From Octopus bimaculoides (Eukaryota): a DNA stretch of 64,000 bases. The notes under the pieces were generated by a model. The model worked only from the letters and a program-made list of their open reading frames with translations. It was not told where the DNA came from and made no database searches. The stretch covers positions 106,765,681-106,829,680 of the forward strand of contig NC_068985.1 in NCBI RefSeq assembly GCF_001194135.2, read 5' to 3'. The translations under genes and the position numbers were made by a program. Shown here in pieces: positions 11,951-23,239 of the stretch; position 1 is the stretch's first letter; every line of letters begins with the position of its first letter.

Positions 11951-13219
11951 TACACATCCTATCATATAACTATTTTCATATTCTATGATTATTTTTATTT
12001 ACAGGTTACAATAAATACTGATTACTTCAACCTATTACAATCTCAAGGTCTAGAAATGCTGTATAGTTCTGACTTAATACAAATATATTACAAATTCACA
12101 TTGTACTAACTACAAATAGCTGAAAAGTGAAGTTAGTTACAAATAAGATTTGAACTCTGAACCAAGTAGGATGAAACTATATACAGTAAAGATATTACAG
12201 TCACTACTAATTGCACACTGGGTAGGTGATGGTGGGAAAGGAAATGTGGGCAACCCATGATACCTTAATTATATATATAAAATGATAAAATGTAAACATC
12301 AGAATGGGTAGCTAATAATGGAAATGGCTGTCAAATAGGGTGAATACCTCCAGGTATTTACTAGAGGGAAGGATTAATGGTCAACCAAACTGAGTCCCAT
12401 GTATATTTGTAATGCATCTTTTAAACCCCAAGCAATTAACTGCCAACATTGGTGAGATTTCAACTCATAACAGAGACAAACAAAATTGTAAACAGTGTAA
12501 AATATATCATGTAAGCAAAAGAAAACATGTTAAAAAATGGGAACAAGAAATATTTAAACTGTAAGAGATTTTAGTAACAACAGAAACAAACAAATATCAA
12601 AAAAATAAACACCATTCAAATTATTTTGAGATGTAAAAGCAAACTATTTTGTCAGTTGAGTTCTTATTTTACAGTGAATCTTCAGGTTTTATTGGGTTGT
12701 TCAGTTCAGCAAGCTGAAATTAACCTCAAGATATGCTATGTTGTAGCAGGCCATGCAGTGCAACTAGCAGACACTTCTGAAAGTTTCTGCAGTCAGTGGA
12801 GACATTGATGCAATTATAGTTTCAATTACAAGCAACAATCTTAAATATTTATCCTAAATTTTTGGATTTGATGAGCTAAAAGTTAAAAACTGGCTTTAAT
12901 GAAACATTTCTCTATTTTCTACTTTTGGTAATTGCTTAACCAGTAATATCTATTGTACATCCATATTGCTATATCACACTCAGTACAGTTCCTGTATTCT
13001 TCCTACTGCTAACCATTTAACTTTATAGTAAACAAGAAACCCACTTGTTAGTAAGGTTTAAAATATTGTAGATACCATAAGGTAGCAATAAAATCAACTT
13101 AGAGAGAGAGAGAGATCAGCTGTCAGATAATGAATTGAAAACTTCTTCCAATATAATTAACATTAATTACATATAAAGAAGCAAAAGAGATGATAATAGT
13201 AATAATATTGATATTTACT

Positions 13220-14303
13220 TTTAACATAGGCACATGGGCAAACATTTCAAGAAAGGAGTGTAGTTAACTAACTGAAGAGTAATATTCAATTAGTATTTAT
13301 TCTATTAATCTTAGAAGGATGAAATATAAAGGTAGCCTTAGCAGGATTCAAACTGCAATGTATCTTACACTGCAAAGCATTTATCCAGTATTCTATTATG
13401 TTATCAATCACCATAATGACAACTATGATTTCTAACATGAGTACAAGGCTGCAGAAGTTGTGTGTGGAAAAGTAGTTGATTTAATAGATACCAGTAGCCT
13501 ATTGGTATTTATTTTATTGACTTCCACAAAGATAAAAAAAAAAAAAATCAAGGTTGTCCTATAGCAGAAATTTAAGTTTGAATATATAAGATAATAATTA
13601 TGATGATGATGATGATAATAATAATAATAATCCTTTCTACTAAAAGCACAAGGCCTGAAATTTTGGGAGAGGAGACTAGTCAATTACATTGACCCCCATG
13701 TTTCACTGGTGCTTAATTTATTGAGCCCAAAGGATGAAAGGCAAAATTGGCTTTGGCAGAATTCAAAATATAACAATAATAATAATAATCATTTCTACTA
13801 TAGAGCCTATTACAGCAGTTTTTAGGGGAGGAGCAAGTTGATTATATTAACCCCAGTACCTGACTGGTACTTATTTTATTGACCCTGAAAGAATGAAAGG
13901 CCAAATCAACTTTGGCAGAATCTGAACTCAGAATGGAAAGACACACAAAACGCCACTAAGCATATGTTAATGATTCTGCTAGCTCACTACCTTATTTCTT
14001 CTTCATAATAATAATAATAAAAATAATCCTTTCTACAAAGCAAACCTTGGTGAAATTTGAACTTAGATCATTCAAATAATAAAAGTAATAATTGTTTCAA
14101 ATTTTGGCTCTAGGTCAGCAAATTTAGGGAGATGGAATTAATTGATTGCATCACCCCTTGACTGGTACTTTATTTTATCAACCCTTAACAGATGAAAGCA
14201 AAGTTCATCTTGATGCAGTTGGAACTTCTGACATTAAGAGCCAATAAAAGATGCTGTTAAGCATTTTTGTTCGACACAATGACAATTCTGTCGGCTCACT
14301 ACC
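13220..14303 (-). mobile_element. Array of about 6-7 whole or partial SINE family A copies, all on the minus strand, separated by (TAA)n/(TGA)n
   Basis: Repeated taataatcctttctac..., ggtacttattttattgac..., ggatgaaaggcaaa... and ...gattctgctagctcact motifs. Confidence 0.85.
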
Positions 14304-14359
14304 TAACAATATCGCCAAATGAATTGCTTTTGCAAAAGAGTTGGTTCTGCATGCACAGG

Positions 14360-14763
14360 AAATAACTTTGATCATTTGTGGGGATATAAATGAAGTCCTC
14401 AAAAATGAAGTTGTTATGGTACTTCTGAATACAATTAAAAGGAGAACAGAACAACAAAATAGACATTTTAGCTAGTGATAAAAAGAAAAAACTATATCTT
14501 GCAATTGACAGGTTATGCCCGTTTCATATTAAAACCTAGAAAAAGAAAGACCGCAGTAGCATATTGACTTGTAGTACAAAATCCTCAAAGGAGTTAACAT
14601 GGTCATGATCCTGCCAATTACCATTGAGGTTTTGGGAATAGTGACCAAGAATTTGAGAACAACCCTTGAAAACCTAGAACTTAATTTGAGACTGGATGCC
14701 ATGCTGAAAACCTGTTTCATTGGTTCAGTACAAATTATCCAGAAAGTCCTCAATGCAAAGTAA
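14360..14763 (+). mobile_element. R4/Dong-type non-LTR retrotransposon, C-terminal restriction-like endonuclease relic
   Basis: NKIDILASDKKKKLYLAIDRLCPF, then VMILPITIEVLGIVTKNLRTTLENLELNLRLDAMLKTCFIGSVQIIQKVL*. Matches the REL pattern PDIV..DK....IDV.CP / IPV.IGALG....L....QK..LLGT.RI.RKVL. Confidence 0.75.
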
Positions 14764-15309
14764 AAACAGATATGAACAGCAGAAAAAGGCTTTTATATAT
14801 ATATATATATATATATAAAAGTGACCAAAAATTGCTCCTCATTCTAGACCATAAGTTGTGGTTTGATAGGAAGTATACTTAAACTAGTTACAACACCAAT
14901 AAACATGTAACAGCAGAATATTAATAATAAATTTCTTTTGTTTAATCTGATTGCTTTTTGTCAGTGAAGTGTACAGTTAAATGACTGAAGTCACTACCTC
15001 ACAAACATTTATTTATTTTATTAATGCTGGAGGTGACAAAGCAATGTCAACCTTGTCAGAAGTTGAGATTGAATGGGTTGAACATCTGGAACTCTAATAC
15101 CTCAAGCATCTTCATAAACTAAACAAGAAAATAGCAAAGAAAGGAAGATTATTTTTATTAGAAACCATCATCATCATCATCATCACTATGGCAAATAAAG
15201 AAAGTATTATTATTTACTCCTAACTCGACGATTTGCTTTGTTGGTAAACAGCCAATATTTTATGTATCACACTCTCCAAGAGATTTATAAAGCCATGCAA
15301 TATGAACAG

Positions 15310-15520
15310 TTAATAATGGTTTCTAATTTAGGCACAAAGCCAGCGATTGAGGGAGAGGAGATTAATCAAGTAAATCAACCCCCAGAACTTCACAGGTAAT
15401 TCATTTTGTCAACCCTGAAAGGATGAAAGGCAAAGCTGACCTCAGCAGGATGTGAACTCAGAATTTAAAGAACCATAACAAACACCATAAGGCATTTATC
15501 AGATCTGTTAATCAGACAGT
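15310..15520 (-). mobile_element. SINE family A copy
   Basis: ggcacaaagccagc...gtcaaccctgaaaggatgaaaggcaaagctgacctcagcaggatgtgaactcagaat. Confidence 0.85.
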
Positions 15521-16224
15521 TTACTGCCAATATGGTAAAAACAGATTTCTTCACGATACCAAATTAGATTTTTGATAGTTTGAAATGTCTAAATCATTTT
15601 ATGAAATGTTGCTAAATGAAAGAGTATTAACAATAGAACCTTGATTGTCTAAGAAAAGCTGCTAAATTTGTAGAATGCTAAAAAGATAGCAAAAATTCCT
15701 GACAGATAACAATATGGAAATAGGGTTGGTGCCAACAATATAACAATACATTTTTTACTATTTAACTATTTTTTCTTTTTTCCTTTTGATGAAAATATTG
15801 AAACTAAGGGATGAAGAACCTGCTGCAGTTAACAATATACAGAAACATTAGTGCAAACATAGTCAAAATTGTATCCTGTCACTTACAGCTCTATTTATTC
15901 AAGTATCAACATGTTACAACTGATTATGGGTTTTTATTCTTCTTCTTATTATTATTATTATTATTATAAGCTATTACATGCTAATTTGATTAGGAGAGAT
16001 GTTATCCTGAGGAAACAAATCTTCTCAAATCTTAAGAATTTTGGTTAAGGTTCTTGCAGGATTACAGGATGGCACTTTTCTGCAGGTCCTCAATTCAGGT
16101 TGTAATTCCAATTTTATGCAATCTCTCAGGTGGTTACTTAGGTGTTGGGCTGAGTGCACCAGTTGTTACAGACACAACTTTCATTTTTATATTCTAGAAC
16201 CTTATCATCTCTTTGGTTATATTG

Positions 16225-16530
16225 TAGCAGAATAATAGAGTGTCAGCAAAAATGCTTTGCAGTATTTCTTCCAGATATTTACTTTCTTTGTTCAAATTGT
16301 GTTTCATCCATCTGGGGTTGACAAAATAAAGTACCACTCAAGTACCAAGTTTGATTAAAGAAAATAACTCCTATCTTTAAATTAGGAACAATTATTATCA
16401 TTATATTCTGAGTTTAAATTCCACTGAAGTCAGCTTTGCCTTACATCTTTATGGGGCTGATAAAATAAACTGCCAGTTACATACTGGAATTAATGTAATC
16501 AACTAACTCCATCCTGAAATGTTTGTCCTT
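16225..16530 (+). mobile_element. Two degraded SINE family A copies
   Basis: gtagcagaataat...aaatgctttgcagtattt...; ctgagtttaaattccactgaagtcagctttgccttacatc. Confidence 0.75.
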
Positions 16531-16534
16531 GTTG

Positions 16535-16875
16535 CTGTTGTTTTTGTTATTGTTGTTAAGCAGTCTTATTTTTATTGCATGTTTTCACTGCACTGCTGAA
16601 CACAGCTCTGAGTATCTTGAATATGTTCAATGGTTTGTTTTGAATTTCTCTTTTCTGATGTATTGAAAATGCTGTGTGAAATGTGTATGCAGTACCTAGG
16701 GGTATCATTTTCTGCATGTTGCACATATATGTAAGTGCTGGTGGGGGTCTTGCTTCTGCATTTTAATCATTCCACCTATTACTATTGAAACCATTTCTGT
16801 TTTCAGCACTCCACATACTGGTTATCTCTATTTAAAGATCTTCATATCTAGATTATTTTTTTATTACTTAAAGAG
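16535..16875 (-). mobile_element. R4/Dong-type REL C-terminus plus 3' UTR and (AAC/AAT)n tail
   Basis: Minus strand: K*SRYEDL*IEITSMW/LKTEMVSIVIGGMIK...NMQKMIPLGTAYTF (cf. EK.SKYKDL.IEI.RMW.LKT..IP..VGALG.IK...QK..LLGTAHI). Confidence 0.7.
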
Positions 16876-18007
16876 GTATGTTATCTTTTATTAGAAATAA
16901 TAATACAATAATAATGTGTTGGAAAATGATAAGTTGATTACTTCCTAATTGATCCCTAAGGATGAAAAGGAAAATCAACCTCTGTGGTAGATTTTTGGCG
17001 GGCAAGTCACAAGAAATACTGAAGGAAAGAACTACTGGTGTATTAGTCAGGCTTGAATGGTGATGGTGGTTGTAGTGATAGGGTGAGTTTTTGTGGTGAT
17101 GGTTGGGCTACAATGTGTTGGTGGTGGTGAGGGTAGCATACAGCTTGTTAATTTGTATGAGTAATTATTGTAATAATGGTTGAAGAGATAGTGCATCAAT
17201 TGGTTGATACATCAGTAGGCTAGAGGTTGTGCTGGTAAGTAATAGTTCAAGATTGCAGTTATGTCTAAATACAATGAATGAGTGGAGAGAGAAAAACAGA
17301 AATTGATGAGTAGTTTGACAATGGTTAAGAAAAATCATATTGACTGATATAATAGAGAAAAATATGATAACCATAGCTAAAGAATAAAAGGTTTATAATT
17401 CATATCTTGTGACTGGTATTGTGTTATGTCCATCATTAAGACATTCAACTAACTACCAAGTCTATCAAATATCAGGTTTAACCAGCAAGTGTTTTGTTTG
17501 CTAGTAACATTGAGTTCACATCCTCCTCTGGGTATATATACTCTATATGTATACTCTACTGGATTGTCTTGCTTGAGACACTACTGCATCCCAAAACCAA
17601 ATAAATTAAGTGCTTCCCTCTCTGATAAAAATGTTAGTGTGAACGAACGATAAGTGTTTACATGGTAGTTATGTTTTGCAGTCCCTAGATACTACCATGC
17701 TGAAATGAAGCACCAAGTTGTGTAGTAAACAGAGAGGATTATGCAGGTGACGCAGTTGAAATTTTGGATGCAAAGCTGCAGCTATTACAAGGGTGATAAT
17801 CTCTTTCACTTGATTCATTAAATCATAAATATTTATATTGATTAAATAAGCTGTGTGTAATTGTACAGTTAAACAAGTGCTAAAGACAAAAACACTAAGA
17901 TGTAGGCATTTCAAAAATATTAGTCTGAGAATTCTTGTCGTTGAAAATGTTGATGTATCTATATAGGGTAGGCAGGTGTACCTTGTCATAGGTTTAATAC
18001 TTCAATC

Positions 18008-18245
18008 TTCATAATACTAATGGTGTTTGATATGCTGAAGTATTTATATAGAGTACTGTTTAGTCTAAAGCTTGACACATTAAGATTCATAATACTGATG
18101 GTGTTCAATGTGTTGAAGTATTTATATAAAACAATGCATCTTGTTTAAAGTTCAACACATTAGTATTCATAATACTGATGGTGTTTGATATGTTGGTGTA
18201 TTTATATAAGATAGAATGGTTTGTCTTCCCTAAAGTTTAACATTC
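18008..18245. repeat. Tandem repeat with a ~78-80-bp unit, three clear copies plus degenerate flanks (~17930-18400)
   Basis: ttcataatact(g/a)atggtgtt.....gttg..gtatttatata starts at 18008, 18086 and 18166. Confidence 0.85.
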
Positions 18246-19476
18246 AGGCAACAACAATACTATAGTGTCAGAGATGTTGAGATATTAACATAAGGTAGAG
18301 TCATATGTCTTGTCTTTTGGAATTCATTTTAATAAGAATGTCAGATAGGTTGATGTGGTCGCACAGAATAGAATGGTGTGTCTAAAACTTCACAGTATAA
18401 TACTGGTTGAATCAAATATATTCATTTGCTGACAAAAAATTGATGAAAGGATAGAATTAAGAATAATGTGACTTCTTGTATGATTTGAAGTGGGTTTTGC
18501 TGCCGCTAAACATATGTCAATGCGAACTGTTATAGCCAGTCTGACCAATAATTAACATTTGTATTTGGTTGTTGTCTAAGATCTTAAGTGTTAAACTAAA
18601 TGCCTGCTATCCTAGAAAACTTGATTAGATGAACAGAGTAGTAGAGTAGTTTAGTGGATGCACTTAATAGGGAATACATGGCTAGCATTTAAATAACAAG
18701 TGAAATTAAAATTTTAGATATTAGATAGTGTGGGACAAGATTTCAGACTAAAAATCCTAGATATAATTAATATTTTTTTGTTTCTTATTTCTATATCAAA
18801 TAAATCCTAAATATGTACGTATCCTACAAAAAACACTTTATCTTACCCTCATACAAGAGATATACTTGTGTATGTGTATACCAAAATCACATCAACAAAT
18901 TTAGGATATTTTAAAAGTATTTAGGAAAGTTCGAATTCTCAGAGAGACTACTTTTACTAATTACAAATACAACTCTATATTGAAGCCAGTAAAGGATTTC
19001 TCTTGGGGGCAGCATGACCTGCTCAATGTAGAAGCCAAATCTCTCCTAATAAACTATTATCTTTGAAGTAGGCTCCACTTGGTAGAGATTTAAATTTTCA
19101 AACACCAAAGCCCACGATAAAGACATGGAAACCATGGCTAGAAACACTGATCTTAGCTATCCTCAAGCTTCTTAAGGAAATTTAAGGACTAATTTTATTC
19201 TCTCTAATCTAATATACACCTTCAATATTTGGAGAGAAAAAATAATGAAAACAGTAAAATTTATTAAACTGGAACATTGTGCAGGAATGAGTTTAGAAAT
19301 AATTAAAAACATAAGTGAGAATGATCTAACTAGTGAGTGGTGGGTAAAGAAGACAAGGAGTGCAATTATAGCAAAACTTCTTTATTAGGAAGAATAACTT
19401 TAACAATGGCAACCAACTGCTCATTCCAATGACATAGTTTGTGAAGGAATAAAGAAATAAAGAAAGAATGTAATAC

Positions 19477-19542
19477 CTGGCATCTGCTTCACTGTAAAAC
19501 TCTCTAGCAACTATATCTTCAAATAATTCACCACCTGTTACT
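19477..19542 (-). CDS. CaMKII: CaMKII coding exon (exon 5 by homology), 66 nt, phase 2-2
   Basis: gcttatctctcttttcag|A GTA ACA GGT GGT GAA TTA TTT GAA GAT ATA GTT GCT AGA GAG TTT TAC AGT GAA GCA GAT GCC AG|gtatta = (L)VTGGELFEDIVAREFYSEADA(S). Confidence 0.97.
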
Positions 19543-19622
19543 CTGAAAAGAGAGATAAGCAAAAGGGATTAACACAATGTTATAAGAAAATAGAGTTTTT
19601 TAACAACAACAACAACAACAAC

Positions 19623-19840
19623 AATAATGGTTTCAAAATTTTCAGCACAAGGCCGGCAATTTTGGGGTACGGGGCTAGTTGATTATATTGACCCCAGTGC
19701 TAAACTGGTACTTATTTTATTGAACCCAAAAGATGAGAGGCAAAGTTAACCTCAGCAGAATTTGAACTATGAACATAAAGACGGACAAAATGCTAGTAAG
19801 CATTTTGTTCAGTATGCTAACGATTCTGCCATCTTACCAC
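19623..19840 (-). mobile_element. SINE family A copy about 80 nt upstream of the 66-nt exon acceptor
   Basis: gcacaaggccggcaattttgggg...gaccccagtgctaaactggtacttattttattga...gaatttgaact...gctaacgattctgcca. Confidence 0.9.
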
Positions 19841-20849
19841 TTTGATATTTAATAATAATAATAATAATAATTATTACTACTACTACTACTACTACTACCA
19901 CTACCATTACCACTACCACTATGATTATTATGGGTTTCAGCAAGTGCAGACTTATTTTTTTGCTCTCACAATTAGCTTTAGAATTACTACCTTTTCCAAG
20001 GATTTTCAGAAATTGGATGTTATTTTACGTGTTTGTATTGTTAGTATTATTTTACAAGGCAAGTTAATGTTATTTATTTGGGTCTCTAAAAAAAAAACAA
20101 AAAAAAAACTGTTTTTATTAACATTTGGGCTTTTGTTTTGGTTCAACTTGATTCACAATGGCATCAAGTTGAGGAAATGCTTTCTAAACCCAAAATTAAA
20201 AGAAAAAAAAGAAGCATTTCTGCCACTGCATAGCAGAATAACATGAACAAACCTGCATTGCAACAATGCACACAATGTTTAAAAATACAAAATGTTTAAT
20301 TTCAGGCAAAAAGCTTTTAATTTTTTTTTTTCCCCATGATTCTGAGAACCAACTTTGCAAAAAACAACAGTTACAACAATTGACACTCACACACAAATGT
20401 TGTCAAACAAGAAGTCCATATATGAAATTAATTTTGCTTGCACTGCCTTCAATGTTGAATCCTTGAAGATGGACAGTACACAACCTGAAACAATGCTGTG
20501 TTAGAATTGCCTAAAATATACATTCACAATTGGACAAGAAGACTGATCTACCTTTGTCTCTAAGGAGAAGCTTTCACTATACCCCCAAAAGACAATCAGG
20601 AACACTGTAAGATATCCTACAAATGTGTAAAATACCTAGGGATGTCTCACATGCTTCCCCAGTTATCAGAAAAAATGCCTTACACATTGATAAAGGTGAA
20701 GATTACAGTACCATCTGACTAACTTGTAGGACTGAGGACAAAGCTCACAGAAAGTAGACACTGGGTGTGAAACAGCTGGCCACAAGTGCTGTCCAAAAAT
20801 ATAACAAGTAATATTGACTCCTAGCTACACATTACTTTTGTAAAACAAT

Positions 20850-21100
20850 ATGGGCACTTGTTAAATGCAATTAGAAAAAAATTATATGCAATTAGGAAAG
20901 GTCAGTATAGATATGCATGTCCGGATGATACCGCAGAAGTACAGGGTCATTCCAGAGCTGTATCCTATTGTGTTGGTTGATTTTAAGGCAATAGAACTAG
21001 TTAGTGGTGCTGGGAAGAAAGCCCAGCTGTTATATTTGTGGCAGCAAAAGCCACTTGAGGGTTTTCTATTATGCAGAGCTAGCAAAATGCTAAAGGTTGA
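20850..21100 (+). mobile_element. LINE (Tx1/L1-like) ORF1 relic with a zinc knuckle
   Basis: The frame shifted by +1 from ORF 20865 reads VVLGRKPSCYICGSKSHLRVFY at 21028-21069, a CX2CX4HX4C knuckle with the last C mutated to Y. Confidence 0.5.
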
Positions 21101-22030
21101 TCAGGGTTTGGGAGCTGTTGTTCCAATAGCAACACCACCTGCATCACTGGTTGTAGATATGAGGATGGTTGAAAAATCATCCTCAATCTTAGTCTTAGAT
21201 GTAAACCATTCTAAGGTACTCTCTCCTACCCTGAATCTAGTAGAGAAAGTCATTTCAAGAAACCAAACAGGTAGGAACCTTGTTTCCCTTTCCTAGCTAG
21301 GAAACATAGTACGACTCCATCATTTTGTGAGGAGATCTATGGAAGGAAGTAAATTTCCAAATAGTTGCAGAAAACACAAAGAGGTAAAAGAGAAAAAAAG
21401 CAGCTCAAAAGGAAACCCAACCACAGAAGAAAATAACAATAAAATATAAGATCCCATTCTCTTCAGAACAACAATTAATGATGATAAGGAAGATGATGAT
21501 AGCCCCCTCTGGATGTTAAACCAGTGCTTCATAGATAACAGAGTGGTACAGCAGGCATTGCCTGGATTCAAAGAACAAATAGATTCAGAATATGACGGAT
21601 GTTCTGAAGACAGACACCTAGTGAAAAACAATAGTAATTTATTACAATGAATTCAACCATGTGTATCCTCAAGTAAAGTTAACAAGTATCTTAGAATGCA
21701 GGAGGCTCTAGTATGAGTAATGTCAGACAAACAGAGATGTGTGGTATGCCTAACCCAACCTAGCCAGTGATTTCTCATCCATATGTAGGCAAAAACTCCA
21801 AATATTTTCCATGTTTTATTTCCTTTTTAGATGATACTTCATTCAAATTATTCTCAGATTTTATGGAATTATTTGTATATTTTATAAATTTTCAACTTGT
21901 CTATACAGCTGGATAATGACTTTCATCCCTTCTCTTGACTTTATATAACTGTTTCCACCATACATCTAGTTTAACATTTCCTTGTTTATTTTAATGTATC
22001 TTCCAAGCTCTTGTGGCTAATAAAGAAACA

Positions 22031-22073
<43 letters not shown>

Positions 22074-22074
<1 letters not shown>

Positions 22075-22345
22075 AGGCAATGAGCTGGTAGAATCGTTAT
22101 CACATTGGGCAAAACGCTTAGTGGCATTTCATCTGTCTGCACAATCTGAGTGCAAATCCCATCGAGGTTGACTTTGCCTTTCATCCTTTCGGGGTTGATG
22201 AATTAAGTGCCAGTAGTGTACTGGGGTCAATCTGACTGGCCTCTTCTCCCAAAATGTCAGGCCTTGTGTCTATAGTAAAAAGGTTATTATTATTACCATT
22301 ATTATTATTATTATTATTATTATTAGTAGTAGTAGTAGTAGTAGT
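22074..22345 (+). mobile_element. Well-preserved SINE family A copy inside a (TTA)n tract
   Basis: aaggcaatgagctggtagaatcgttatcac...gaggttgactttgcctttcatcctttcgggg...ggccttgtgtctatagtaaaaaggttattatt, with (TTA)n on both sides. Confidence 0.92.
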
Positions 22346-23239
22346 ATTTGCCCTGAGCTCCATGAAATTTTGTCTCTTTCACTTTTTCTGTTATTTTTGC
22401 ATAAAAGGCTTACGTTCATTTTATTTTTCTTTATAGTTCTGTTGAAAATTGACATAGACATTAAATGAGCATGTCTCTGCTATTGAAAAGGAAGGCTGCA
22501 ATTTTGTAAATTTGTTCATTTTATTTATTTATTTCTGTTTTTAAAAAAGTGGATGAAACAAAATCAATAATTTTCAGAGGTCAGCATCAAAATTTAGCCA
22601 ATTTGAAAACAAACAGTAATACTGTCACCATGACAACAGAAGACTGACATCATTGCAACTCCATTTCTACTTATACTTTAACATCACACAAGAATAATTG
22701 TAGTAGTAACAGCAACAATAAAAACAGAATAACAAGAACAATAATAAAAACAAAATCAGCACAGCAGTAGCAAAAATAGTTAAAAGAGTGATAACGATAG
22801 AAACAGCAAGATCAGAATTAAAAGAAAGAATAGTGAAGGTTCTCCAAGCTTGTTGGTTCTAAAGGAGACTGCAAAAACAGCAACACAAATGACACTGGTT
22901 TTACTACTTTTAGCACCACAACCACCACTCCCTCGTTCACCATGGCAGTCAGATCCAGCAGGAGTAATGGCAGCAGTAACTTTACCAAAAACATAAAGAT
23001 CAACTCTTTTTTTTCTTTTCTTTTTGCAGGAAAAGCACAAAATTTTGAGGAACAGTATGCAAGCACTCATTAAGATACACAGCAAGAAGCTCCTATTGGT
23101 AGTACCACCATATTGCCTGGAAAAACACAGGCAGAAAAACTGTAGTATATTGGTATGTGTCAGTTTTGAACTGACAAATTCAAATGTCCACAAATACCTA
23201 AATGGAAAAGTGCTTGAGCAGAATATGGTATGACACTGA

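Larger units (their letters stand above)
1..19476 (-). other. CaMKII: CaMKII intron continuing past the left edge (>19.4 kb)
   Basis: GT donor at 19476. I found no SHC..QILESV..CH...IVHRDLK exon by eye in 1-19476. Confidence 0.7.

Noticed and set aside
23030-23152. Plus-strand pseudo-exon (long pyrimidine tract + CAG ... G|GTATGT) suggesting an antisense gene
   Set aside because: No recognisable protein and no partner exons; it lies at the edge of a degraded LINE region.
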